64,000 nucleotides of DNA from Armatimonadota bacterium (GCA_039811685.1 JBDHZC010000001.1:800001-864000), one strand, 5' to 3'. Positions 39,102-48,909 are shown, counted from the first letter of the stretch. Made by a program: numbers and translations. Notes: generated by a model from the letters alone, not told the origin.

Positions 39102-42100
39102 CTAAGCAGGCTCCGGAGCAGGCGGGCCTGAAGGCGGTGATGCTGAAGACTCAGCCGTCGCCAGGTACTTGTCCCTCTCCTCAGCTCCAAGAGTCCGCCA
39201 GATAAGAAACTGCCTGCGCAGAGTGTTCAGGAAGCGCCGGTTCACGCGTTTCCAGTTACTGATGTCGCCGGATTCTCGCCCCAGCTCAACGTGGATTTCA
39301 TAGACGTCCTCCATCGACGTAGGCACCGTTTCGAGCCTGACCGTCTGACTGACTCCAAGGTCGAACGGCGCCAGCCACGCCTTACAAGTCAGACCGTAAC
39401 CTCGTCCATGCTCTGTGTCGAAGGAGTCTGTGTGAACGTCCTGCGTGACAAAGTCTCCAACAGAGTACTCCTCATAAGCCTGGAACCACTCACCAAGGAA
39501 GCTATTCACGCCAACAGCCTGCTCGCCAGTCACGGAGAAGGGCAGTGGAATCCTCCAGGCGTCCCCGTCTGGCTCGGGTACCTTCCAGCTTCTGTCGATG
39601 GCCGGCGTGGCGACCTCAGAGGCTTTTCGCGCCGGGTACAGAGTTGACAGCCATACCACAACCATCACAAGGACGGTGGAGATGACAGCAGACATTGACG
39701 AGAAGTTCAGGGTCAACCCAGAAAGCAAACCCGTTGTCGCCAGTATCTTGCTAACGCCCTGTCCGATCAGATAGCCAGACACCGCTCCGAGAATGCCATA
39801 CACTGTGGCTTCCGCAAAGAACAGCATGGCGATGTGGTTGGGCGCCAGACCGATAGATGAGAAAATGCCAATCTCCCGGACGCGCTCATACACGGAGTCC
39901 AGCATCGTTTTGAGAACGCTAAGCCCGGCGATGATGATGGGAATGAGGATGGCCGCGAAGCCCTTTGTTGATGAGCTGCCAATGGAGCTGTAGCGATAGG
40001 TTACATTGCCCTTACCAGCGTAGAGATTCAGTCCGAGGCGCGGCATGAGGCTATCCAGCTCGTCTTTGACTTCTTCCGGGGAAATGAAATTGATGGCTAT
40101 TGAGCGAATTTCCCCTCCCATGTCCACCAGCGTCTGGTACGGAATGATGAACGTGGTATCGGGATCCATGTGCGTGTACTCGCGGAACCCGGCTTCGCCC
40201 AAACTCGTGCTCTGACCCTGCTGCTTGTTCATGAGAATGAAGTCCACAGGTGTCAGAGGTTCACCGTCCAGGTCCTTGAGATTACGGAACTTGATCGGGT
40301 CCACAATTCCGATAACCGTGTAGGAAACCCCTGCAAAGCGCACCTGAGCTTTGCCAACGTCCGCGGTTTTCACGCCGAGATCTCTGGCCATCCGCGCTGG
40401 CAAAATTATCACCTGGCGGTCATTGCTATTGAACCAGCGCCCGGCGATCAGTGTGCGAGACGGATGCGTAATGTTCTCTTCGGCCGACGTCAAACCCACA
40501 GCCGCCTTGGCGTCAAAGCGCCTGGCGCCGTTGCTTACAGTCAATGACGACTGTTCACCCAGCGACGCGCCGAAAAACCACGCCCGCGCGCCAACCGGGC
40601 GAGTACGGCCAAACTCATCATTCAGCAAACGGTAAGCAGGCTCTTGAAGAGGTTCCCACATCGCCGTGCGAAGCATGATGCCGTTGTAAGCGGGCTTTGT
40701 AGAAGTCGGCCTGGCGTTGAACCGGATCTCATTGACAATGGAAGTGAATGACAGGACGATAAACGTCACGAGAATGAGGCTGATGCAGGTAAGCACAGTG
40801 CGCGTTTTGCGCCGGCGCATGTTTGATACACCAAGAGAAAACGCCGCAGCAGCGACACTCATTCGCCCGATATCGACCCGGTGCACACCGCTCACCTGCC
40901 GGTTGAGCGCGCGAAGCTGCTCTTCGAACTTGCCCGACACCAGCACGACCACCATGCCCGATAGCACCAGCATAATAAAAGCCAGAATGACTATCATCGG
41001 GTTGAGCGTGATCTCAAAGGCCGGATGGATGCGGCTGAATCCGAGAGCCACCAGCACAAAGATCAGGATAAACGCAGTGAGCTGTTTGTTCAGATCCGGG
41101 AACCCGAAGAAAAGGCGCTCAATAAAGAACGAGAACGGCAAGAGCAGCGCCAGGTAGAACAACACTCCTCGGACAACGTCGGTTGCCGTCTGCTGAACGT
41201 CCGGGTACGCGCGAGCCTCAAACCCCCAAGCGCTTCTCGAGTGCGCCTCGAACCCCTCAAAATCCCTGGCCTCCCTGGCCTTCTCGGCAGCTTTCAACTC
41301 CAGCCCGGCGGCGCGATGAAGGTTGTCTATCCCCTGATTGATAATCCGGTACTTCTTGAGCCGATTGATCCGGAAGTCATCCAGCATGTACATATCGCGA
41401 GCGGCCTTGTAGGCCGTGTTAGTGATTGTTGTGCCGTTGGGCCCGACGTCATAGCCCGTACCTTCCGCCTCTGCTGCCGTCTTGCTGCCGGTAGAGTTCA
41501 ACAGCAGCAGTCGCACCGCCGCCGGACCGGCGCTCATCATAATCTTGATTCTCTCGTTCGGCGGGGTGAAAATGACTGCGCCATCTTCAACGTGGGAGAC
41601 CATCGGCTCTGGCGTCGCGACGGCGGTTCCAAACGTGCGCGGCGGTCCGTTCGTTGCCCCATCAAGCACTTCCAGCCCACCAAGCGCCGTCAAAGACTGC
41701 GGGTCTACGAGATCGTAGAGATTGGTCGCGACGCACGGAAATACGACGACAGGCATAGCCTTCGAGCTGGTGGCGACCGTGAAGGCCGTGTAGTTGAACT
41801 CGCCACCAAACACACCCTGGTCAGGCGCATAGCGAATTCCACCAGAATCCGGGTCCAGCTTGTAGGCAGCCAGGCCTGTGGAGTGCGCGCCACCATAGGC
41901 CGTTACTGGAGCCACACCCGGAAAACGGAAATGCCCTTTAGGCCCGGCAAGCTCGATCAGATTGGCCCGCACGCCCATGAACGACTTATGACCGCTTCGG
42001 AGCACTGCAATACAGCCGCTGACAGGCTGATTGGGAACAAAGCTCTTCTGTGGGTTGTACTCCACCACTTGCCCGCTGACGGTGGCGAATCCGCCCTGGA

Positions 42101-43877
42101 TACCTATGCGCTGGAACGCATTGGGGTCTCGAATCGGGAACATATCCGCGCCCAGGCGGCCCTCCTGAGTCGGGTCCTGGAGGAAGTGGTCAATGACACA
42201 CGCGAGCAGCTTCACCTGAGTGGTGACGTTGGCGGGATTCGTGCGCTCGAACGTGTCAAAGGGAGTATCCACCATGGCGCGCGCGTCGTTAATGGTGGCA
42301 AACGTCACTCCTATTCCGCCACCGACGGACACCGCTTCTGCGTCGAATGCGATTTTGCCCGGAATATAATTGCGCCAGTTCTTGCCCGCAATGTCGTTGA
42401 CACCATCGGCAAAAGCGAGGTCTGGATCGCGGCCGAGCGTCTTTGCGACCCGGGCGGCATTGTCGCGAGCTACAGTCGCCAGGTCTGAAAAACGTCCTTT
42501 GATATCCTCTCTGAAGTCGTAAAAATAGCCCTTGTAGAAAAGACCGACTCCGTTTGACTGGCTGCTAAGATCGAGCCCACAGTACAGATATACGTCGTCT
42601 CGAGGACGAATGCGAGTGTTGGACCCCGCAAGCTGAATGGCAATGACAGCGAGAAGTCCAAACGCGAGAATTGTTGCGCCGGTCCACCGCCAGTCTCCGG
42701 AAGAGGCCTCGCCATTGGAGACTCTTCGCTTTCCAAGACTCGTTACAATGAGCGCGAGGCCCCCAAGCGAAAGAAGCGCGGTCAGCGTCCACATAAACGG
42801 GTGATGCCGGGCAATCCAGACCCCCATCTTCTCACCAACGCCAGGGCGCGTGAATTGCTCAAAATGCTGATCCAGCCAGTAGCGCGTTCCAGCCAGGCCC
42901 TGGAAATGCCCGTCGGAGGCGAGCAGCCAAACGGTGCGTTTGGGAGGATGAGACTTATAGACGCGGGCGAGCTCCAGCAACCCCGCAATGCCAGACGCGG
43001 ACTCAGCGCCAGGCGCAAGCGCCGGGGCAACGCTGTTTGCGTCGTAGTACGCTCCAAGAATAATAATCTGCTTCTTGAGCTTCGGGTCTGTACCTTCAAT
43101 TTTGGCAACAATGTTGCGTCCGGTGACACGCCTCCAGGGCATCCGGCTGGTGAGAGTGACTTCCTGCCCAGTCTGCCCGGCCAGGACAGCGGCGTCGGCC
43201 TTCGAAATCCAGTAACGCGGCACGTTCACTGGAATTGACATGAACTTGGCTTCGGCTTCGCCTCTGTTCAAGTCGTGGGGCTCTTTGAAGATGATAGCGG
43301 AGGCTCCGGATCTGACAGCGTTGACCCAGTTGTTACCGCAGTCGAAGTCGATTAGGGCAATGCTGCCTGCCAGCTCACGGCCCTGCATGTCCTGCAGCCG
43401 CGCCTGTCCAATGTCAATGAGCTGACCCCGGATTCCCGCTTCCGGCACCTGCGGCGTGCGCACCATGTTTGGCCACAGTGCGTGAACCTGCAACCTCCCA
43501 GCGGCACTCTCGACAAAGGCCCCTTCGTCCATCGGGACACTGGTCTTGAACGTCTCAGTTGTTACGTCCGAGATCCCGATCTCTTTGAGTTGATCCTGGA
43601 TGTAGCGAGCAGCAATTTCATCCCCGGGATAGCCAAGCACACGAGAGCCCACATTTGGAGATGAGAGGGCTTGCATCGTGGCCGCGATGCGCTCGGCGCT
43701 GATTTCACCAGCCAGCTTTCTATACCGCGCCTCAAGCGCCGGGTTTGGTTTCTCGTTCTCTTGAGCCGTGGACGGCCCGGCTACGCAGACAAGGAGCGGT
43801 AGTATGAGCCCCAGGAGGAAGAAACGAAAGACTGGAAGCCTCAAGGCCAATGGTCTCTTTATGGAAATGCTCCTCAA
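39102..43877 (-). CDS. Giant FtsX/MacB-type permease with N-terminal M28 peptidase-like and PA domains
   Basis: Signal/TM; SRVLGYPG, NIVAKIEG, ILGAYYD, PGAESASG (M28 fold); NMRRRKTRTVLT (MacB TM1), periplasmic core domain, VYERVREIGIFSSIG (FtsX); exact start uncertain. Confidence 0.85.
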   Translation of the reverse strand: MRSISIKRPLALRLPVFRFFLLGLILPLLVCVAGPSTAQENEKPNPALEARYRKLAGEISAERIAATMQALSSPNVGSRVLGYPGDEIAARYIQDQLKEIGISDVTTETFKTSVPMDEGAFVESAAGRLQVHALWPNMVRTPQVPEAGIRGQLIDIGQARLQDMQGRELAGSIALIDFDCGNNWVNAVRSGASAIIFKEPHDLNRGEAEAKFMSIPVNVPRYWISKADAAVLAGQTGQEVTLTSRMPWRRVTGRNIVAKIEGTDPKLKKQIIILGAYYDANSVAPALAPGAESASGIAGLLELARVYKSHPPKRTVWLLASDGHFQGLAGTRYWLDQHFEQFTRPGVGEKMGVWIARHHPFMWTLTALLSLGGLALIVTSLGKRRVSNGEASSGDWRWTGATILAFGLLAVIAIQLAGSNTRIRPRDDVYLYCGLDLSSQSNGVGLFYKGYFYDFREDIKGRFSDLATVARDNAARVAKTLGRDPDLAFADGVNDIAGKNWRNYIPGKIAFDAEAVSVGGGIGVTFATINDARAMVDTPFDTFERTNPANVTTQVKLLACVIDHFLQDPTQEGRLGADMFPIRDPNAFQRIGIQGGFATVSGQVVEYNPQKSFVPNQPVSGCIAVLRSGHKSFMGVRANLIELAGPKGHFRFPGVAPVTAYGGAHSTGLAAYKLDPDSGGIRYAPDQGVFGGEFNYTAFTVATSSKAMPVVVFPCVATNLYDLVDPQSLTALGGLEVLDGATNGPPRTFGTAVATPEPMVSHVEDGAVIFTPPNERIKIMMSAGPAAVRLLLLNSTGSKTAAEAEGTGYDVGPNGTTITNTAYKAARDMYMLDDFRINRLKKYRIINQGIDNLHRAAGLELKAAEKAREARDFEGFEAHSRSAWGFEARAYPDVQQTATDVVRGVLFYLALLLPFSFFIERLFFGFPDLNKQLTAFILIFVLVALGFSRIHPAFEITLNPMIVILAFIMLVLSGMVVVLVSGKFEEQLRALNRQVSGVHRVDIGRMSVAAAAFSLGVSNMRRRKTRTVLTCISLILVTFIVLSFTSIVNEIRFNARPTSTKPAYNGIMLRTAMWEPLQEPAYRLLNDEFGRTRPVGARAWFFGASLGEQSSLTVSNGARRFDAKAAVGLTSAEENITHPSRTLIAGRWFNSNDRQVIILPARMARDLGVKTADVGKAQVRFAGVSYTVIGIVDPIKFRNLKDLDGEPLTPVDFILMNKQQGQSTSLGEAGFREYTHMDPDTTFIIPYQTLVDMGGEIRSIAINFISPEEVKDELDSLMPRLGLNLYAGKGNVTYRYSSIGSSSTKGFAAILIPIIIAGLSVLKTMLDSVYERVREIGIFSSIGLAPNHIAMLFFAEATVYGILGAVSGYLIGQGVSKILATTGLLSGLTLNFSSMSAVISTVLVMVVVWLSTLYPARKASEVATPAIDRSWKVPEPDGDAWRIPLPFSVTGEQAVGVNSFLGEWFQAYEEYSVGDFVTQDVHTDSFDTEHGRGYGLTCKAWLAPFDLGVSQTVRLETVPTSMEDVYEIHVELGRESGDISNWKRVNRRFLNTLRRQFLIWRTLGAEERDKYLATAESSASPPSGPPAPEPA

Positions 43878-43916
43878 ACTTTTCTAGTGCTCTGTGGGCG
43901 GCCCGATTATCGCACC

Positions 43917-43942
43917 CGTACAGGTGGAGTTCCACCTGTACG
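43917..43942. promoter_or_regulatory. Perfect 12-bp inverted repeat upstream of the giant permease operon (operator or leader hairpin)
   Basis: CGTACAGGTGGA-GT-TCCACCTGTACG. Confidence 0.55.
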
Positions 43943-44244
43943 AACGCACGGAGCATGTGGATGCGCGCCGGGGCTTTCCCGGACGCCAACACGCAGTTTA
44001 GCCAACTGATTCTAATACTTCACAGAGAGCCTGACAGATTCCTCCGCTTCGAGGGGTGAGTTCGCAGGGGAAGATACAAATTTCTCACCGTGTCAGCCCT
44101 TGCCTGATTTCGACTCCGGCAGACTCCCGGATGTTGCGGGTTGTCTTCGGCCAAGGCACGTCCAAAATGCTTAGAGGCCGCCAGGAGACTGAGACAGAGG
44201 ACCGAGAGCGGACGACGAAGATCCGCAAGCCGTCCGGGTGCGAC

Positions 44245-45549
44245 TCAGGCTACGTCAGTCTTTTCATCAAGAGGGATGAAGAACAGTGTGAGCGTGCCCG
44301 GGATGGTCAGCAATAGGGAGAGGACGAAAAATTGGCCATACCCGACAGCTTTCTGAATGTAGCCGCTAAGCACTCCTGCTCCCATCGCCGCAAAGGCCAT
44401 GATTCCGGTCGCCACCGCGTAGTGAGAGGTCTTGTACTTGCCGTGCTGGGATATGAGCATGAGATACACCAAATAGGCAGCCAAGCCAAAGCCGTAACCG
44501 AGATTGTCAACGGCTACCACAACACTTACAGTGACTAGATCTGGAGTGTGATACGCAGCCCACACGTACAGAAGAATCGGAGCGTGCATGCAGACGACCA
44601 TCGGCCATAAACAGCGCTTCAATCCCCAGGAAGAAATCATCCAGCCGCCGACAAAGCCGCCAAAGATGAGCGCAATTACCCCGATAGTGCCGTTAATAAT
44701 CCCGAACTCTTTCAGAGGAAGCTCCAGGCCTCCCAGGGCAACTTTGTCAAGCAGGAACAGAGGCGCAATTTTAGCCACCAGCAGTTCGCCGAAGCGGTAA
44801 AGCAGCACAAACAGGAGAATGGGAACAATTTTCGGCTGTTGAAAAAAGGTGACAATCGCTTCGACAAACGGCACGCTCTGCCCGGAGGTGCGAACCCCGC
44901 CCTTAACGTCTTCTGCTGGTTTGGGCAAAGCCCACAGCCCATACAGCCAGAACAACCCGTACACTAAAGCTCCAGACAAAAGCGCCAACATCCAGACCGC
45001 ACGCGGCGAATAGTGAAGCTCTTCGAACTCACCCGCCAGCCAGATCATCGCGCCGTTTACGAAAACCATTGACAGCCGAAATGCCGCAGAGCGAATCCCG
45101 ACAAAAAAGGCCTGTTGCGGCTTATCCAGCGCCAGAAGGTAGAACCCGTCGCATGCGATATCGTGGGTGGCAGACAGAAACGCGATGACGAAAAAGATAA
45201 AGACAGTGACGCCGAAAAAGCCGGGCAGCGTAATGCCCCAGGCGGCGAGACAGAACATTCCCAGGATGAGCGCTTGAGTCGCAATAACCCATGTCCGCTT
45301 CGTCAGATTGCTGTCAACGAAAGGGCCCCACAGAAGCTTCAGCGTCCAGGCCCACACGAACAGGCTGGTCCACAGAGTTATGACCTCGTTGGCCACGCCG
45401 AGCTTCTTGTACATTGCCACCGAAAACATGTTGGCGACCATGTAGGGCAGGCCTTGCATGAAGTAGAGCGTAGGCACGAAGAACCAGGGGTTGCGACAGG
45501 TCCGCGGTGGCTCTGGAGTGAAGACGGCAGGCTCTTGAAGGCTTGACAT
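44245..45549 (-). CDS. AmpG-family MFS transporter
   Basis: PTLYFMQGLP, LKLLWGPFVD, SATHDIACDGFY, LYRFGE; 12 TMs. Confidence 0.88.
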   Translation of the reverse strand: MSSLQEPAVFTPEPPRTCRNPWFFVPTLYFMQGLPYMVANMFSVAMYKKLGVANEVITLWTSLFVWAWTLKLLWGPFVDSNLTKRTWVIATQALILGMFCLAAWGITLPGFFGVTVFIFFVIAFLSATHDIACDGFYLLALDKPQQAFFVGIRSAAFRLSMVFVNGAMIWLAGEFEELHYSPRAVWMLALLSGALVYGLFWLYGLWALPKPAEDVKGGVRTSGQSVPFVEAIVTFFQQPKIVPILLFVLLYRFGELLVAKIAPLFLLDKVALGGLELPLKEFGIINGTIGVIALIFGGFVGGWMISSWGLKRCLWPMVVCMHAPILLYVWAAYHTPDLVTVSVVVAVDNLGYGFGLAAYLVYLMLISQHGKYKTSHYAVATGIMAFAAMGAGVLSGYIQKAVGYGQFFVLSLLLTIPGTLTLFFIPLDEKTDVA

Positions 45550-45657
45550 AGTTGCGCAACCCTTCGCAACTCAAACAGAGCATTCCTGCGTAATGGGTTA
45601 CATTCTGCAGGATGAATTCAGCAAGATGATGGAGGTGACGCAAGCCCGTAAAGAGCG

Positions 45658-46485
45658 TCATATCTCTGATTGAGTGCGTGCTCGACTCAACAGTTCCCCA
45701 AACTCAGCGACGCTCTCCACCACCAGATCAGGAGCAGGGCAGGCGCTTTGAGCCTCTACAGACGTCGTTTCTCCCGTCAACACGAGCACACCAAAAGCGC
45801 CAGAGACGCGCGCCATTTCCACATCTGTATGCAGACGATCCCCGACCACAGCCAACTCCCACGGCTTCAGGTTATGCCTGCGCAGAAGTCCCTGCAGCAT
45901 GCCAGGGTGCGGCTTGCCGGGGACAGCCAGCGGCGACACACCTGTCGCTGCCGTCAGGCAGGCAGTCAGTGACCCGCAATCCACAAGAACAGTCGGCTCA
46001 TCCGTCGGACAGGTGAGATCCGGGTGCGTCGCCACAAATGGTTTTCCTTCGCGTATCCACCGCGCGGCGCGGCACAGGCGCTCAAAGTTCAGCTCAGTGT
46101 CGAAGGCCACAAGAACACCGTCCGGCTCCTGATCTGCGAAGACAGGCTCGAAGCCCAGTTCGCGCAGCTCCATGCACAGGCTTGCGGTTCCAAGCACAAA
46201 GAGCTTCCGGACTTCGGGCAGAGATGTGCGCAGATAATCGACAGCGGCAAGCGCAGAAGTCTGGATGTCCTCTCGGCCCGCTGGAATGCCCAGGGAGTTC
46301 AGGCGTCTGACGTAGTCCGCCACGCTTCGCGAGCAATTGTTTGTGAGAAAAGAGCGGCCGACACCGCAACTTCTCAGCAAATCCAGAAATGGTCCCGTAA
46401 ACGGGAAGACTGTTTTACCGCTGTAAAGCGTCCCATCCAGATCCAGGGCTACGTGGCGTATCTTGCAGAGCGCAGAGTTGAGCAT
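45658..46485 (-). CDS. HAD-IIA (NagD-like) phosphatase
   Basis: DLDGT, LTNN, GKP, GDRLHTD; start taken at ATG 46485. Confidence 0.92.
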   Translation of the reverse strand: MLNSALCKIRHVALDLDGTLYSGKTVFPFTGPFLDLLRSCGVGRSFLTNNCSRSVADYVRRLNSLGIPAGREDIQTSALAAVDYLRTSLPEVRKLFVLGTASLCMELRELGFEPVFADQEPDGVLVAFDTELNFERLCRAARWIREGKPFVATHPDLTCPTDEPTVLVDCGSLTACLTAATGVSPLAVPGKPHPGMLQGLLRRHNLKPWELAVVGDRLHTDVEMARVSGAFGVLVLTGETTSVEAQSACPAPDLVVESVAEFGELLSRARTQSEI

Positions 46486-46561
46486 AATCACACAATCATC
46501 CTCAGAGTTCTGAGGCGCCCAAGGTGAATCCTTCACCGGGAATTCGACAGGCGGTTGAGGG

Positions 46562-46570
46562 TGGTATAAT
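46562..46570 (+). promoter_or_regulatory. Extended -10 promoter element for the GH130 gene
   Basis: TGGTATAAT ending 35 nt before ATG 46606. Confidence 0.55.
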
Positions 46571-46605
46571 CCGGCACATCCAGTCTGGCCTGAAAGAGTA
46601 TTTCT

Positions 46606-47616
46606 ATGTCCAAAGTAATTGGAGACCTCACCTCCCCTGACATCATCCACCGGCATCCGGACAATCCGTTACTGACCTGCAAGGATGTGCCCTATCCGTC
46701 TTCGCTGGTTTTCAATGCGGGCGTGGCGAAGTATCAGGGGCGCTATGTCATGCTCTTTCGCAATGACGTTTTCACGGAGGATCGTAAATACCAGGACACA
46801 AACCTGGGTCTGGCCTTCTCTGACGACGGCGTGCGCTGGAGTGTGGAGCCACAGCCCTGCTTTTCATGGCGCGATGAGGAGGTTGAGCGCGTTTACGATC
46901 CGCGGCTGAGCGTCATAGATGGACGATGCGCTGTCTGCTTTGCCGTGGATACGAGGCACGGTCTGAGGGGCGGCGTCGCTCTGACGGAAGATTTTCATCA
47001 CTACGACATCCAGAGCCTCTCGGTTCCGGACAACCGCAACATGGTGCTTTTTCCCGAGAAGATCGGCGGAGACTATGTGCGCCTGGAACGCCCATTTCCC
47101 GTTTACAGCCGCGTCCACACCATACCTGACGGCAATCCGTATCATTGTCACTTCGACTGCTGGATATCGCGCTCACCAGACCTGAAATACTGGGGTAGCT
47201 CTGAGCTGCTTCTGGCTGTTGAGGATGTACCGTTTGCAAATGACAAGGTGGGGCCGGCCGCCCCTCCTGTCAAAACTCACTCAGGGTGGCTGACGACGTT
47301 TCACGCAGTTGACATCGACGCCTCACGCGGCAAGAACGGTTGGGAGCCTGCGTGGCGCAAGCGATATTGCGCCGGGATCATGTTGCTGGACATCGAGAAT
47401 CCGGAAAGGATCATTGGCCTGTCTCGTGAGCCGCTCATTGCTCCTCAGGCAAGCTACGAAGCCGAAGGCGGATTTCGCAACAATGTCATCTTTCCGGGCG
47501 GGATGATCCTGGAGGATTCAGGTGAGGTGAAGATCTACTACGGGGCTGCAGACGCTGTGGAATGCCTGGCGACAGCCGATGTCGAAGACCTTATCGCGCT
47601 CTGCCACCCGCTCTGA
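46606..47616 (+). CDS. Glycoside hydrolase family 130 protein (probable beta-mannoside phosphorylase)
   Basis: VFNAG, YDPR, NRNMVLFPEKI, ERP, KVG, FH, NVIFPGG, YYGAAD. Confidence 0.88.
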   Translation: MSKVIGDLTSPDIIHRHPDNPLLTCKDVPYPSSLVFNAGVAKYQGRYVMLFRNDVFTEDRKYQDTNLGLAFSDDGVRWSVEPQPCFSWRDEEVERVYDPRLSVIDGRCAVCFAVDTRHGLRGGVALTEDFHHYDIQSLSVPDNRNMVLFPEKIGGDYVRLERPFPVYSRVHTIPDGNPYHCHFDCWISRSPDLKYWGSSELLLAVEDVPFANDKVGPAAPPVKTHSGWLTTFHAVDIDASRGKNGWEPAWRKRYCAGIMLLDIENPERIIGLSREPLIAPQASYEAEGGFRNNVIFPGGMILEDSGEVKIYYGAADAVECLATADVEDLIALCHPL

Positions 47617-48909
47617 CTACGCCAGAGCCGCCTGCAGCCTCGGGAACAGACTCTCCGCATTGCCGTACATGAGCTGCGGAACGAGTTCCCGTGCGTCTTC
47701 TTCTGATATCCAACCGTCTTCAATGAGTTCTGCAAGCGCCTGAGAAAGCCCGCGCCTGGCAATAACCGCATGGCCGACGACCTGCTCCGCCAGCACGTAG
47801 TCCCCGCCAAAGCTCAACAGCTTGTTTGATGGCACGCCTTTGAGAAAATCTTTGACGAAACGCACGGATGCCGCCGGATTGATAATCCACGCCCAACACA
47901 TGTCGATTGTGACATTCGGATAGTGTTTGGCGAGAGCCAGCATAGCCTCCTGATATGGATATCCGATGTGCATTACGATGAAACGGGTATCCGGAAATTG
48001 CGCGGCGAGAAGACACATATCAGAAGGGTTATCGGAGAGGCGCTCAAGCGGCATATTGCCATAGCCAGCGTAGTACCCGGTGTGGAGCTTCACGGGTAGC
48101 TTGTATTCAGTCGCTTTGTTAATGCAGTAGCGGAAGAGGTGGTCTTCCAACGCTTTCATCTGATCAGCAGGCAGGCACTCACCGCGTGCGTAGCGCTCCC
48201 ACAGCGGAGCAGCCTGTTCTGGCGGGATATCCGCATAGTCCAGCCTTCGGCGGTAGGCAGCCTGGCTCTTCACCGCGACAGCGTCCAGGCCATAGGTCTC
48301 GAAAAACCAGTCAATGACCGAATGCCACTGCTCCAGCGTATCCCCGGGACGTCCGGACTCGGAACAAAGGTTCTCAATTTCGGGTTGTGAATGCATGGGA
48401 ACAATGCTGAGGTCCTGCATCAGCAGATCTGGATACTCTGTCTTGCAGAAAACGTCTACAAGAGAGTTGACCTGACAGCTTTTCACACCTGCAACCCCCC
48501 GCAGGACGTGTTCGTAGTAGCCGGGGCGAACGAGCTCGAGATACTTCTCGTGAATGCGATGATAGCTGTCCTGAGTGATATCCTCTTCGCTGTACAGACT
48601 CTGGATGGTGAGCCGGGTGGCCTGGCCGTACCCAGTGTGGCGAACGTACCTCCAGTAAGGCTCCAGAAGCCGCCACTTCTCGTCAATATCTGCACCGACA
48701 TTCAGCAGCCTGTGCCAGACTTGCTCGGGCATTCCCGCGCTGGCAAGGTCGTCCCGCGTGTAGCCCCAAAGGAGGTAGGCCCAGTCGTTGCACGAATATA
48801 ACCCGTCGGCAGGCTCACCCAGGCGGACGCTTTCTTCTATGATATGCTCGTGCGTATCAACAAACGGTGTCTGGTTGATGAGTTCTTCGATTCCGGATCT
48901 TGCACTCAC
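47617..48909 (-). CDS. Amidohydrolase-2 family metallo-hydrolase
   Basis: DTHEH, KLHTG, MHIGYPY, FGGD; start uncertain (48909 or 48993). Confidence 0.85.
   Translation of the reverse strand: MSARSGIEELINQTPFVDTHEHIIEESVRLGEPADGLYSCNDWAYLLWGYTRDDLASAGMPEQVWHRLLNVGADIDEKWRLLEPYWRYVRHTGYGQATRLTIQSLYSEEDITQDSYHRIHEKYLELVRPGYYEHVLRGVAGVKSCQVNSLVDVFCKTEYPDLLMQDLSIVPMHSQPEIENLCSESGRPGDTLEQWHSVIDWFFETYGLDAVAVKSQAAYRRRLDYADIPPEQAAPLWERYARGECLPADQMKALEDHLFRYCINKATEYKLPVKLHTGYYAGYGNMPLERLSDNPSDMCLLAAQFPDTRFIVMHIGYPYQEAMLALAKHYPNVTIDMCWAWIINPAASVRFVKDFLKGVPSNKLLSFGGDYVLAEQVVGHAVIARRGLSQALAELIEDGWISEEDARELVPQLMYGNAESLFPRLQAALA

Noticed and set aside
41025..42488. 487-aa plus-strand ORF
   Set aside because: Antisense shadow of the giant permease with no recognisable motifs; such ORFs are expected in GC-rich coding DNA.
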